Numbered from the whole stretch's first letter, positions 50,789 through 63,110 are shown. The stretch is DNA of 63,162 nt, filler included, from Reticulomyxa filosa (GCA_000512085.1; 20 parts of 20 records of this genome joined end to end with filler, not necessarily neighbours in it); one strand, 5' to 3'. A program made the numbers and translations. Notes: generated from the letters alone by a model not told the origin.

Positions 50789-50824
<36 letters not shown>

Positions 50825-51210
50825 GGGGGGTGCAAAAGTTTTTTTTTTTTTTGGACAATGCCGACTTAACGTTCCAATGGCAAAATTTCACGTGGGACAA
50901 AAATATTCGGGTTTGCTTTGTGGTACCTGCGGATATCCGACAACCGAGAATAAAACACATTCAGATAGCTGCGACATGACATATCCTCGATTTCGTCTCG
51001 CAGCTTTTTGTCCTTGTCCTCATACAGAAGTGCTATCTCTTTCGCGTAAGTCACCACGTTCGTTAGCCCTTCTTGCATTCGGTGGTCTTGGTGCAGTTGC
51101 TGGCGGCTATTTGCTACTTCCTCTGATTGTAAGTCTCCTACTACATCTTCTTTGGCTGCTTCTATTGCTGAGTGCAGCCAGCGGAGTCTCTCCAATCTCG
51201 AATTAGACAT
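49154..51210 (-). CDS. SF3A3: Splicing factor 3A subunit 3 (SF3a60/PRP9); introns at 50707-50870 and 50304-50396
   Basis: FYSRLSDIRRYH; EP|EVEFTGEEWHGRYVD; LDYLVSFFKRTRPL; NPKNVPLDFDGKPIPYWLFK; C-terminal Zn finger CNVCGGVEYRGPRAFERHFREWRH; EEEFEDNDGNV..LKRQG. Confidence 0.95.
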
Positions 51211-51524
51211 AATCAAAGATAATGTGGAGAAAAAAGCCCCTATAATAAAAAATGAACGTTACTTGTCTTTTAAGTGATTTCCATTATCTTGAGGTTGCCG
51301 ATGCATAAAAAAGAGCCTGCATGTGGCAACTAGCCTTTTTCGTGGATTCTTGCACAGAAAAATTGAAATACTCTGTATGCAAGCAGCAAACTTTTTTAAA
51401 ATCTGTGTTTGTAGCAGTAAAATCATTTTTGTTTTTTTTGTGTTTTTATTGAAAAAAATTTGGACAACATATTTTTTTCGACAAACAAGTAAGCAGTTTT
51501 CGCTGCTTCTTTGATTCTCGAAAT

Positions 51525-52416
51525 ATGAGCCAGGATTTTTTGTATAAGGACGATACCATCAACAAAGAAGCTATGACTGACTATAGTTGTGCAGCAACGG
51601 ATTTCCTCTTAATGTCGTCAGCATGGTATTGCAGTATTTTGGTAAAGAATTTTGCAAGGTCAGGTACTCATCGTGTACTACACAATGACGAACTGCGCTA
51701 TATTCAGACCCATTTTTTTGTTTGTTTGTGTGTGTAAGTATTTTTTTTTATTATTTGACTCGTTTGATAAATAGACAAACAAACAAAAATAATACTAATG
51801 CAGTGAACATAAAGTTCAATTTCAACCAATGTCGCAAACGTGGACCTATTTGATGCTAGCATCATTTTTAGGAACGTTACGATTTAGTGGATTGCAACAC
51901 GTAAAATTGATACCATTATTGCATCGAATAGCAACCGTGATATCGGGGCAAGTGGGCTTGTCTTTGTTGGGCGTTCAATATATATTGTTGTCATTTCCGC
52001 AGTCGTATATAACGAACAAGCTGTTTGGGCTGCACTTAGACTCGACGATACATCGCATAGAAGTGAGTTTATGGATATTGGTAATATGCTGCTATTGTTT
52101 GAACATTCAAATGGTAGATATTTTAATTCCATTAATATTTGGGTTTGTTCCGATCTTGGCTTGTATTTTCATTTGCGGAAAATGGAACGTATTTATTCTC
52201 GGTGCCATTGGCATATCTTTAGTTTTATCTTCGGTCATCATTGTTCGAGACGACCCCAAACATCGCAATACCTTATGTGGCATTCGGTCCATTCATTGGT
52301 TCCATTTGTTATTGTCTTTAAGTATTTATGTCCACACTATCACTTTAATCAATTTGTCTTTGGGTGGAGAGGTTTCCGTCTGGGATTCGATTGCTTTTAA
52401 GTTTTTAAATAAGTGA
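51525..52416 (+). CDS. Multi-pass membrane protein of unknown function, one intron
   Basis: Exon 1 SCAATDFLLMSSAW; exon 2 LASFLGTLRFSG..IHWFHLLLS; about 7 hydrophobic segments with conserved-looking His residues. Confidence 0.6.
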
Positions 52417-53103
52417 TCAATACTTTCCATATTTTTTTTTTTTTCTTTCTATCTTTTTTAAAAAAAAAGATGGCACCAACAACAAAAGATTTTCTGTTCT
52501 CGAAACATTATTTTTTTTTCTTTTGTAATTAGCTTGTTGAATTTTTGTACGGACTACTTGGTTTTTTTTTTTTGTGGTTTTTATTATTATTATTAAATTT
52601 TGAATTAGCCCGTTGCAACGTTTGCCGTTTTAAGGGCTTGTATTTTTTTTGTTGTTGTTTTTGTTGTTAGTGTTTCTTTTTCATCCTGCGCCATTCAGTT
52701 TTGCTCTTTAAGCTGGGTGGCCGTTGCGAGACGCACTAAACTAAATTGCATATTTCATCAACGGGGCTTGGTGTGAATATATACATAATGCCCTTGTCAA
52801 TTCATAATAAAAAATTAAAATAACCGGTTTTGGCTTTGCCATTTTTAAAAAAATTAATTATAAATCGAAAGAAAGCGTTTCTTATGGAGGAGTGCAAATA
52901 CCCTCAAAGTAATGTATTTTCAAAGGCTGTTTCAACAATGTTTTGTGTCAATTTTTTTTGCGGATTTTCTTCTTAAGATATAAAAGAAAACATCCTATAA
53001 AAAAAGAGAGGATTTCAAATATTGAGACATATTTTATTGTGGTTATTTTTTTTAAAGATTTATGTGACAATCGGTTGAAGTTTTCCTTTCCAACAAGGCC
53101 AAA

Positions 53104-54347
53104 TCAATGTGAATCTGTTGAACTGGAATTTGCTGTTTTGTTAATCAATTTGTACGCGCAGTGAGGTGAACCTGTTGCCAATGAGCCCTGTTTATTAACA
53201 TCCATATTAGCCGCTGCTGCTGAGCCTCGAATGAGACATTCTCCGAGTTTGCAACATCCATTCAATCGTTCATTTTCCATTTCTTTTGCTAAGTCTCGGA
53301 ATGCACATTTCTTCACCTCAAATGTCAGATTATGTCTGAACACATCTTTTTGAACCCAATTAATTTTAAATACACCCATTTCCGCAGCTCTTTTTTTTTT
53401 TTTTTTTTTTTTTTTGCAAGAGATATGCTTCACGATTTGGTTTGTATAACCACTTTTACAAGACAAAGAGAACGAAACAAGTGAGCAATAGTTTTTTCAA
53501 AATGATCTGAACTACAACAGGTTTCAAATGATCAGGAACACTTTCATTCAAAAACGTAGTCATATGTTGTTGCCATTCTTTTTCTACATTTTCGAATACT
53601 TTCGTTAGTACTTGTTCACTTTTTTCTGTCCCTAGCATTTCGAGTAGAGCCTTGTTATGATTGTATTTTTTTTTTTTTTTTGGTTTAAATTTTTTTTATG
53701 TTTAAGTTTTTTAAACGTTCTTCTAACTTTGTGAACACTTAAAAAAGTGATCATGCTTTTTGCAACATCGGGGTCTTGATGATTGAATACAGATGTTTTA
53801 CGTTGCGCTTTCACCGAGGCAAGAATTATCGAAGCCGCTTTGCCCGTGAAGCGCATTTTTTGAAATAATGACATTTTAGCTTCAGCAGATATTTCATAAA
53901 AAATACTGTGTGCAAACTTTGGATTTTGTCGATTCAATGCATTTCCAGATCTGAGTCCTCCGTGTGTAATTACATCTCCAAAGCTCCAAGTAAAACATGA
54001 ATGCTACATTGTTCTCACAATTTTATACATTTTAGGTTTACATTACACATTCCAAAGTTTGGACAAGTATAATCGTTTTGCCCAGCAGCCAAAGGAAGAT
54101 ACATATATATACGTAATTCTGTTCGTCTATATACCTCAGCAGCTACTTCCACTGCAAACATTTTTTCCTCTTCGGACAAGCCCTGCTGCGCTTTTCCGGC
54201 ATCAATCTTTTGAGCACAAAACTGGAGAGCTGAAACACGGTTAATACGATTATTCAATGATATCTTCCCAAGGATGTCAAAACGATTATAGCAATTACTT
54301 CTTAAAACTCGTTTCGACCCATAGTGCAACATTGCCGCACTGTACAT
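53104..54347 (-). CDS. L-2-amino-thiazoline-4-carboxylic acid hydrolase family (V4R-like) protein with a basic N-terminal extension, multi-exon
   Basis: VHK|ALLEMLGTEKSEQVL; FEVKKCAFRDLAKEM..GCCKLG..KQGSLATGSPHCAYKL parallels the family pattern VTRCPYAE..C..D..RTQTIAxGAxxCDF. Confidence 0.65.
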
Positions 54348-54973
54348 ATTTTAATTTTACTAACCCTTCACCTTTAATTAGCCACCTCCTTTTTTTTTTA
54401 CTTTACAATTTTAAAAATGAATTGCATGTTGAGCAAGTGATAACTTGTAAATTTAAACGTCTGTGCAATGTTATCTTTATTTATGATTTCTTATAATACA
54501 GGTAGGCAAGAAATGTTTTCTCTTACAAGCAAGCTTCTAAAAAATAGGATTGATATGAAAAATGGTGACGAAATCAAAATGTTGTGATTGCAGAAAAAGT
54601 TGTTAGTTTGGTGCGAATTTATGTCATGTCGAACAATTTGTGAAAAAAAATTTTTGGAGCGATACAATGGCGAACAACAGAAAAAAAGAATGCAATACGT
54701 AAATACTTAAACAATTGTGTTGGTCAGTGATTTTTTTTTTGTGATCAATTTTTTTGCATTTTTTTTACACTTCTTACGAGCAAACTAAAAACTCTTTTTA
54801 TGCTGAACATCTAAATTTGAATCAAAATCGTAACATTGAAAGTAAGAGGCACGTAAATAGACATTTTCAATTGTACGAAGTGAAAACAACAACCTTTCTT
54901 TCCTCTTAAAAAAAAAAACAAAAAAACAAACGGAAAACGCACGGAGATTAATGTTCATTGAATGTAATGGTCC

Positions 54974-56110
54974 TTAGCTTTGAGGGATTGTGAGTATTTG
55001 TTCTCCTTCCCCTTGTTGGTTTGGAGTGGAGCTATTTTCATTGGATTTGACGTCAGGGATTGAGCCTCCAGGTTCGACTTGGGGCTCCAAAGTTACGGAT
55101 GGAGATTCAGACGCATTTTGTTGCGTAGTGTCAGTGCTTGTTTTACATTGATCTTTCTTGTTGTTTATATCCGCCAGCGTCAATGTTGCAGTTATGTCAA
55201 CATGTTCTCCTGGCGTGTACGCTACAGTTTTAGGTTGGATAAGCAAGTGATCAAACGCTGAAGCCTGATCTTCGTTGGTTATTTCTATTTTCATTTCTTT
55301 GTCTTTCTCTTTGGGCGGCTCCTTGTGGTGTCCTTGTTTTGTTTCTGCTGTCAGACGAATTTGTTCCCAACGAGCTAACCGTCGAAGATTCTTTTATGAT
55401 TTGTGTTTGGATTAAAAAATGTTAGCAATTATATTAAATAATACCAACAAAATATAATATATATATATATGTATATATAACCTTTCGTTCGCGTGAGATA
55501 TTAAGTTGTCTTTGATCAAATTCACGGACCAAAGAAACTTGCCTTGCAAACTTGTCATCAGACGGAACCAAATTTGCATGATCATGCAAGGAGAGTGATG
55601 GAGTTGATTCACCGATTGGAGTGGACATTTGTTCTAGAGTTTGTAAATCTTCATTCAACAGCTTGCTCTTTGCACGAAATTCAGAGTCCAACATCTGCCA
55701 ATACACACCATCCACTCCTTCATAAAAGTGAGCCAATTCTTGGGACATTTGAATGATCGACGCGTTCCAATGTCCTCGAATATTCTATTTGTTTTGTATA
55801 AATATAGTTATAAAGGCATATACGTATATGTACATATACATATATATATTTTATTGAGATAATCTGTATTTTCAATAAGTATCCACACAACTTCTTTGAG
55901 CAAAGCAAATAGTTTTCTCCAAATATAGTCTTTTTCCAGCTTTGACAGATAGACAATGACTGTGTCTTTCCAAAGTGTCAAAGCAGTATCGGCGACTTGG
56001 AAATGCGTCGATCCCACGCACTCCAACATTTTGTCCAACGTCGACATCTGTCACATCCAACATGACACACAACAAACATATACTTCCAACACTTTGACCA
56101 CAACGTAGCT
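54974..56110 (-). CDS. PPP2R5: PP2A regulatory subunit B' (B56), 3' part
   Basis: ECVGSTHFQVADTALTLWKD matches CVSSPHFQVAERALxxWNN; also E|NIRGHWNASI and RLARWEQI. Confidence 0.85.
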
Positions 56111-56836
56111 AGCATTCTGTCGGCACATTTTCCGAACGTTTTTTTTTTTTTTTTTTTTTTTTGTGTATATTGAATATTTCAAAGTTTGCTTGGTTGGACT
56201 CGTTTGTTTTACCAAGAAAGATTCTCAGATAAGTAAACAAATAAATGAATTGAATTAAAAAAAAGTTTNNNNNNNNNNNNNNNNNNNNNNNNNNNNNNNN
56301 NNNNNNNNNNNNTTAATTAATTAANNNNNNNNNNNNNNNNNNNNNNNNNNNNNNNNNNNNNNNNNNNNAAAATGGATAAAAAGGGGGGGTGGGTGCATAA
56401 GATAGGGGAAAAAAAGTAAGAATAAAAAAGTATGAGGAAAAAAAGAAAAAATTTAGAAAAATTATTGTTATTATTAGAAAAGGAAAAAATGAAAAAAAAA
56501 ATTGATTGAAATAATAAATGAAAAAAAGGGAAAAAAAAGTGATTGAAAAAATATAGAAGAAAATAAATTAAAAAAGATAGAAAAAAAAAATTATACAAAA
56601 AAGAAAAAAACAATTGAAAGTTTTATTTTTTTTTAAATGATGGAGCTATTACTCCAAAAATTATTTTAGCGGGATATCAACAATTGCCAGTTAAGTAAAA
56701 TAAACAGCTATATCCCTTTTTATGTTTGACTTGTTTAAAATAAAAAATAGGCTGGAAACCAACAATAGCAGCAAATCATCAATGCAAGTTCAATATACAA
56801 AAAAAGTCTTTTCACATTCCACATTATTTTCATTTA

Positions 56837-58219
56837 TCATAATACACTTGTGTGGTTCCATATTTTTGTTTGTAACACTACAATAAGTGATTTTATATAT
56901 ATATAGACTTGGAGAACTTGGCCGAAGCGGTACGTGTATGGATAGCAACGCATATCAGGAGGAAAGTCTTCATGTGCACCAAAAAGTATTTCACATGGAG
57001 GAATAAATGCAACAAATTTGTCATACAATGTCGTCAAAGAATGTGTTGCAATATAAGCACTCGATGTGGATTGGATTTTAAGAACACTTTGACAACGACG
57101 GCCCGTTCTATTTATGCACAAGTTGAATCGCTTCAAATGGTCAGTCCAATGTAACAAATTTCAACACTTACTCTTTCAACAAATTTTTGTGCTGAGAGAT
57201 TGTTTGGATAGACATTGGAAAGGTGATTTGTGGTGGAATCTTGATGTAAAGGAACCAAGTATCAAATCGTCATACAAAAACATTGTGGATGTATGATAAA
57301 TCAAAGAATCGTTTCAAAATATGGAAGTCTCAATAACGTCGTCAAAAACAAAGAGTCGCGCTTGTTCGGCTATTTGAAAGGTTTCATGTGGGGAAAGCAT
57401 ACCGAAATTATTTGTCACACATTCGAGAAATCTTGTGAGCAGAAGTTACAAAACACCAGAGATATTAAAAAAAGATTGTGGATGATATTCAGTATATTTC
57501 ACGTTGTAATAAAGCTCGCACATTGGGCTGCAATAGAGCAAGAGACATAATAATTGCTAAATCCAAACCTCTTTGCTGTTCTAAATGGCATGAACGTATA
57601 CAAACGCCACAACCAATCATATCCATCACTAATTCTCTCCTCCGCATTTCTCGGCAAGAGTTTCAGCTTTGATGCCAACACTAGATCAAACGGTATATCT
57701 CTCTATATCCATATATGTACATATGTATTCCCAACAATATATCATATAATATCTCCCTATGCCTTTGCACTACAGTTGTTATGAAGTCGTCTTGTGTTTT
57801 TTCGGATTGCACTGGTTGGATTAATTGCATCGACAGTGAAAAACAAGAGCGTGGTCTTACAAGTGGCTTTAAGTGCTGAACACAATGTCGCAGTGACAAA
57901 GATCCCCGTCTACAATGTAGATGACTATTAAACAGAACCAACGAGTAGCAAGATGAATTGAAGTTGGACAGTTCATTTATATTGCACAATAATTGCGGTG
58001 TCATAGTGCATAATACGATCGATTGTGGCGTGTGTTGTTCATCGCCAATTTTTTTATCGAGTGTAGCGAAGGATGTGATTGGACAATATTGATTTATGAA
58101 AATTTGATTAGTACATCTCTCGGATGGATGGAGGATACAAATTATTTGGTTGTGGACACGAAACGACACCAAACAGCAAAGCGAATGTTGTGTGATGAGT
58201 GGGCTTGAATATCATGGTG
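56837..58219 (-). pseudogene. Heavily degraded gene relic, family not identified
   Basis: Coding-like composition with short ORF pieces in changing frames. Confidence 0.2.
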
Positions 58220-59419
58220 NNNNNNNNNNNNNNNNNNNNNNNNNNNNNNNNNNNNNNNNNNNNTTAATTAATTAANNNNNNNNNNNNNNNNNNNNNNNNN
58301 NNNNNNNNNNNNNNNNNNNCATTCTAAATTCTTTATTTTTAAGTTCAAATTTTTTTCCTTTTTTAAAATAGTTTACATATATTGATGATATTGCATTTTT
58401 TTCAGTTAATTATATTATTGCATTATAATCTTTTAATCATGTTTCATATTTTAATCTTAGATTCTCCAGCTCTTTTTCTTATTTAAGTTCGTTCTTTTTC
58501 CATTTTTTTTCGTTGATTAACTAATTCTTTTGTTAATTTACAAATGTTCTGCTTTAATTCTTTATTTTATTCCATTAAATAAGTATTTATTTTTTTCAAA
58601 TGTTAGTTATAAGATTCTTTATATTGTTGTTATTACTTTGAAGTTCAGGTATTTATCGCAATAAACATACTCAAACAAGAAATGCAAAAATTTCTGATTG
58701 TTTTAAATGCAAAGTGTAAAGATAATGACATCGTTGACAAAACAATGATTAGAAAAATTGTTGTACTGATACACATAAATTGACATCAGCTACCAAATTT
58801 CTAATGAATTTGTTATATCGTCAATATGTTTCCTTTTTCTAGATTCATGTGCCAATCTACAACAAGTGCTAATTATATTTACTAAACGTTTATATCTGTC
58901 AACGATTTCATTTAATTCTTCAATTTTGTAATACAATGTATTTTTTCTTTATTGTAATCAATGTAATACCTGGATCCTGAGTTTTATTTTATCACAATAA
59001 ATATTTAAAACAAAAGTGCTTTTAAGGATCTGTATACAAATTATTATTACTATATCGGAAAAAAATGAAAATAAACTAAATTATAGTTTTTAATAAGATT
59101 TTTCATATTGAAAAAGAAACTTGACAAATAACATCATGTTATAGATATGACTAATTCTCTTCATTAATTGATTGTAATACATTATAAATAATTGTTCTAA
59201 TGTTGTTTAAAGAGTTATCACAATAACTAAAATTAGTATATTATATTGTCATCAGAACAAATTGGATTAATAGATTTTATTGTAAGAAACAAAATTCATG
59301 ATTTAGATAAAACTATTGTNNNNNNNNNNNNNNNNNNNNNNNNNNNNNNNNNNNNNNNNNNNNTTAATTAATTAANNNNNNNNNNNNNNNNNNNNNNNNN
59401 NNNNNNNNNNNNNNNNNNN

Positions 59420-59458
<39 letters not shown>

Positions 59459-59459
<1 letters not shown>

Positions 59460-60410
59460 TTGTTTTTTTCCATTAAGCGAAGCTGAAACAATTGAGAGAT
59501 GAGCAGCCACAGATCTTTTTCGCTCATCGATTGGACATGCTCAAGAGTCAACTTTTCAAACGAGTCCATTATTGAATTCAAGGTGGATGTCGGCATTAAA
59601 CTCGTTTGTGATGTGGCGGATGCTTTCAATGTTCCCTTTTCATCCGGCAATTCGTCTTCATTCTCCTCACTTCCAACCGTTCCGTTTTCATTGCGTTTCT
59701 TCCCTTCTGTTTTTGTATTTCCTTTTCTATTTATTATTATTATTATTGTTGTTTTTTCAGAATTATGCAATATCAATCAAATAAGCCATTGTACTTTTTT
59801 TTTCCATCACAAGAAACATAAATGATATACGACATACATACATAATATTTACGTATTTATATTGATATGTATGTATATACACTATATAAAGAAATAATTA
59901 CTTTGAATTGGAAGCACTGTCCGAAGATTGGAACAGAGACTTGGCAAACTCAAAAAATTTAGAACGATCGATAATGGGCCGTGCATGTGGACCAATAATA
60001 ACTTGCGATGAAGAACTCGCTATTTCAATTTCTCCATTTGGCCCTTGTTGGATGGATGCATCTGATTGTATTCCATTGGCCGCGACCACATTATCCAAAA
60101 ACGATTGGAATTCGGTTGCATTCCAATTTTCATCTTCGTCCAAATCAAATAAATTAAATAGCACTGTTTTGTCATTGTATTTTGTTGTTGTTTTTTGGTT
60201 TATGTAAACATACTATCAATGTATACGTTTTTTGTTTTTTGTTTTTTGTTTTATAGTATGTTGTTCGTTTGTCCTATTAATTACATTTGGCTTTTTCTTT
60301 TTCATTTCCCCGACAAGCGATCTCCAAGATGGTGACAAAGGATGGAAATGATAAATATTTGTCATTCAATGATCCATTTGTAAATATTCCAAAAACTCGC
60401 TTCTGCCATT
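59459..60410 (-). CDS. EF-hand protein (NCS/calcineurin-B-type pair), internal exons
   Basis: LSFPSFVTILEIACRGNEKEKAK|xLFNLFDLDEDENWNATEFQSFL. Confidence 0.65.
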
Positions 60411-60431
60411 TCTATTTTAAAAAATCATTTA

Positions 60432-60471
<40 letters not shown>

Positions 60472-60819
60472 NNNNNNNNNNNNNNNNNNNNNNNNNNNNN
60501 NNNNNNNNNNNNNNNTTAATTAATTAANNNNNNNNNNNNNNNNNNNNNNNNNNNNNNNNNNNNNNNNNNNNTTCTTCATATTTTCTAAGTTTTTCTATTT
60601 TCTTTTTTAGCGCATTAATTATTCCGCACGTTTGCCATTACCTGTTGATAGCTTGCTTCAGTCTGTTCCTGATTTGTTAAAACTCTTCTTATATTTCACT
60701 TTTTATTCTATCGCACATTTTTCTTTACTGTACTATTTTTCAACTTTCCACGCCATCCTCTTTTTCCAGTTATCATTGGCTGTAAAATTCTCAAATGCGC
60801 TATAAATAAAAATTATAAA

Positions 60820-60930
60820 AAATTTGCTTGACAACAAAAGGTTTGAAAAAAACAGGAATTAAAGCAAACCAATTCCGCCGGCACCATGTTAGTTCGGTTT
60901 TTTTCAAACCTTTTGTTGTCAAGAAAATTT
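60820..60930. repeat. 34-bp near-perfect inverted repeat with a 43-bp spacer
   Basis: AAATTTGCTTGACAACAAAAGGTTTGAAAAAAAC (60820-60853) versus GTTTTTTTCAAACCTTTTGTTGTCAAGAAAATTT (60897-60930); one mismatch. Confidence 0.9.
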
Positions 60931-61392
60931 TGGTCCTGTTTCGTATATAAAAAAACCTAAAACTGCTTTGGACTAACTTTGCTTTCTGACCGCTTTTTCT
61001 CACGTTAAGTGTTTTTTTACCAATTCGCTTCGTTTTTGGGTTCACTTCGTCATAACAAAAAAATGATAACCTTGTTAAACTTCACTAAGAGTGACTCTAT
61101 CAAAACTACTAAACTTTTGTTCTATATTTTGATAATAAAAAAAAGTTCACGTATCATCTCCCGTAGGGTGGAGGTAAATAGTTTCCCAGTTTAAAAACGG
61201 AAAAGGAATATCAAAACTTACCCAAAAATGAAAAAAATAATTTTAAATAAATTGATATTTGCCCTATTTTGGGAAAAATGAACAAAAAAATTTGATTTAA
61301 GAACATTTTATTTTTGTGAACGGGGTCTATGGAAAAATAGGATCTTTAATCTGAACTCGAACTTTCATCATGGTGATCATGCCCATGTTCAT

Positions 61393-62000
61393 TTATCTGT
61401 GCCCCTTGCTATGCGCAATGGGAGTTAAGTAATCGTCATTCCATTTTTGAAGCTGAATGCTTAATGTATTGTATACTTGCTCCTTGATTTTGAATAGATC
61501 ATCATAATCTTTGTCGGAAATCACTTGGGCCAGTTTGTCGAAGAAATCTCTGGCATCTTGTTGCCATCCACCTGTGGCCTCCGCAATAAGTAGGGTGAAC
61601 GACTTGTTCGCCTGCTCGCACCGAAGTCTGTGTTTCGAGATCTTTATACGTCGGTACCTCTCTAATGCCCAATTGTCTGTGTTGTTTCCTCTGTGTACTT
61701 GTTGATTGACAATGTTTTGATGTGTGATACCAATATCCAGGTATTTCTCTTCAAACTCATCTCCAAACCATCTCAGACAGATGTCAACAGGCCTGTGGTT
61801 TGTTTCGTGGTTGGCACGAACTTCCTTCTAGTGTGGGATAGCTGCACGCTTCAATAGGTTGGCAATGCATGCGACTATTCCATCATGGCGGGCTACTCGG
61901 CCTTTTCCGAAGGGCAAGATAACGCGTGGTTACCCAGGATATCCATGGGTGTCAAGCAGGCGGTGTTCGCTTTGTGCTGAATGTTTGTTTTTGCACTAGC
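61393..62000 (-). mobile_element. 3' end of an RLE-type (CRE/R2-group) non-LTR retrotransposon: Zn knuckle plus restriction-like endonuclease, degenerate
   Basis: C..MDILGNHALSC/PFGKGRVARHDG..KEV..RPVDI..LDIGITH..IKISKH..FTLLIAEATGGW. One frameshift and one TAG. Confidence 0.85.
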
Positions 62001-62405
62001 NNNNNNNNNNNNNNNNNNNNNNNNNNNNNNNNNNNNNNNNNNNNTTAATTAATTAANNNNNNNNNNNNNNNNNNNNNNNNNNNNNNNNNNNNNNNNNNNN
62101 GACTGTCGTGAATATAGATGGAAGGAGCACTTATGTCGTTGTCCTGGAGACAATCATGACTCTGACTCCGTTGTTTTAGCAACTCCACTTGGATTTCAAC
62201 ATCGAGCCGATATGTCATTGTCCTCACTAGCTGTGTTCTCTGATTTGTTGCCTCTGTCCCCCACTACTTATCAAAAGTCAGCAAAGTGTATTTACTTATT
62301 ATTATTTTTTTTTTTTGATTATTGACATATACTCTCCCTTTTTTTTTTTTTTGACAATAATTGGCTGTATGTGTGAACAAATGTCGACTTTTTTAAAGCA
62401 AAAGA

Positions 62406-63110
62406 ATGTCGTCGCTTCACAAAAAAATGGACAAAGAAGTTTTTTGTCCCTTACATTCGGCAGCAAAACCTGAAAAGACTCGAGTTTGCCGAGGAGGGAC
62501 TACTTCCCCAATGTCCAAGTCGAGTTGCAATATCTCATGGACAAACTCGACTTATAATGACTTAAATGGCCCACAAATCACCCCGAAGCGGAGGTGTCCC
62601 ACTACTAGATTCTACTATCAAAAACAACCGCACACTCCAAACAGTGCTTTGAAAACGTATCACACACGCTCGCCAACAACACACTTGCTGTTCAAAGTGG
62701 AGCCAACGCAAGGTTACAATGATCTTGGCTCCGACAAACAAAAGAACAAAAAAAAGGAGCAGAAAATGAATAAGCAATGTAAAATGAGTGCCATCAAGTC
62801 AGTTGCAAACAAGCGATTGTCTTGGAATACGTACAAATTTTCTTTGGCCAATACTCCTCTTCCCAGTCTGTGTGTTTTTGGAGCATTTCGTTGAGTCAGT
62901 TTCTGTTTATATCTAACCATCTGTGATGGCTCTTAAACATATATATATATATATACATATATATATTGTTATGATTTTAATAATATAGGATCTTCATCGC
63001 ATAAAGGTGCGCCTTTCCCAGCGCAGATTCAGAGCCAAAGACAAAATCTAGTGGATGACTCAAAAGTTAAAATAGAGCCAAATTGGACTGAACACTACAC
63101 GACAAAATGA
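62406..63110 (+). CDS. Hypothetical protein with a probable intron (about 62890-62989)
   Basis: A 162-aa ORF ends at a GTTGAG donor followed by a (TA)n intron and an AATATAG acceptor; the frame stays open afterwards. Confidence 0.35.

Noticed and set aside
58320-59319. Very AT-rich 1-kb contig with hints of coiled-coil coding on the minus strand
   Set aside because: Too degraded to support a call.
61322-61333. GGGGTCTAT (also at about 12298) as a transposon terminal repeat
   Set aside because: Only 9 bp shared, with no partner inverted end or target-site duplication found.
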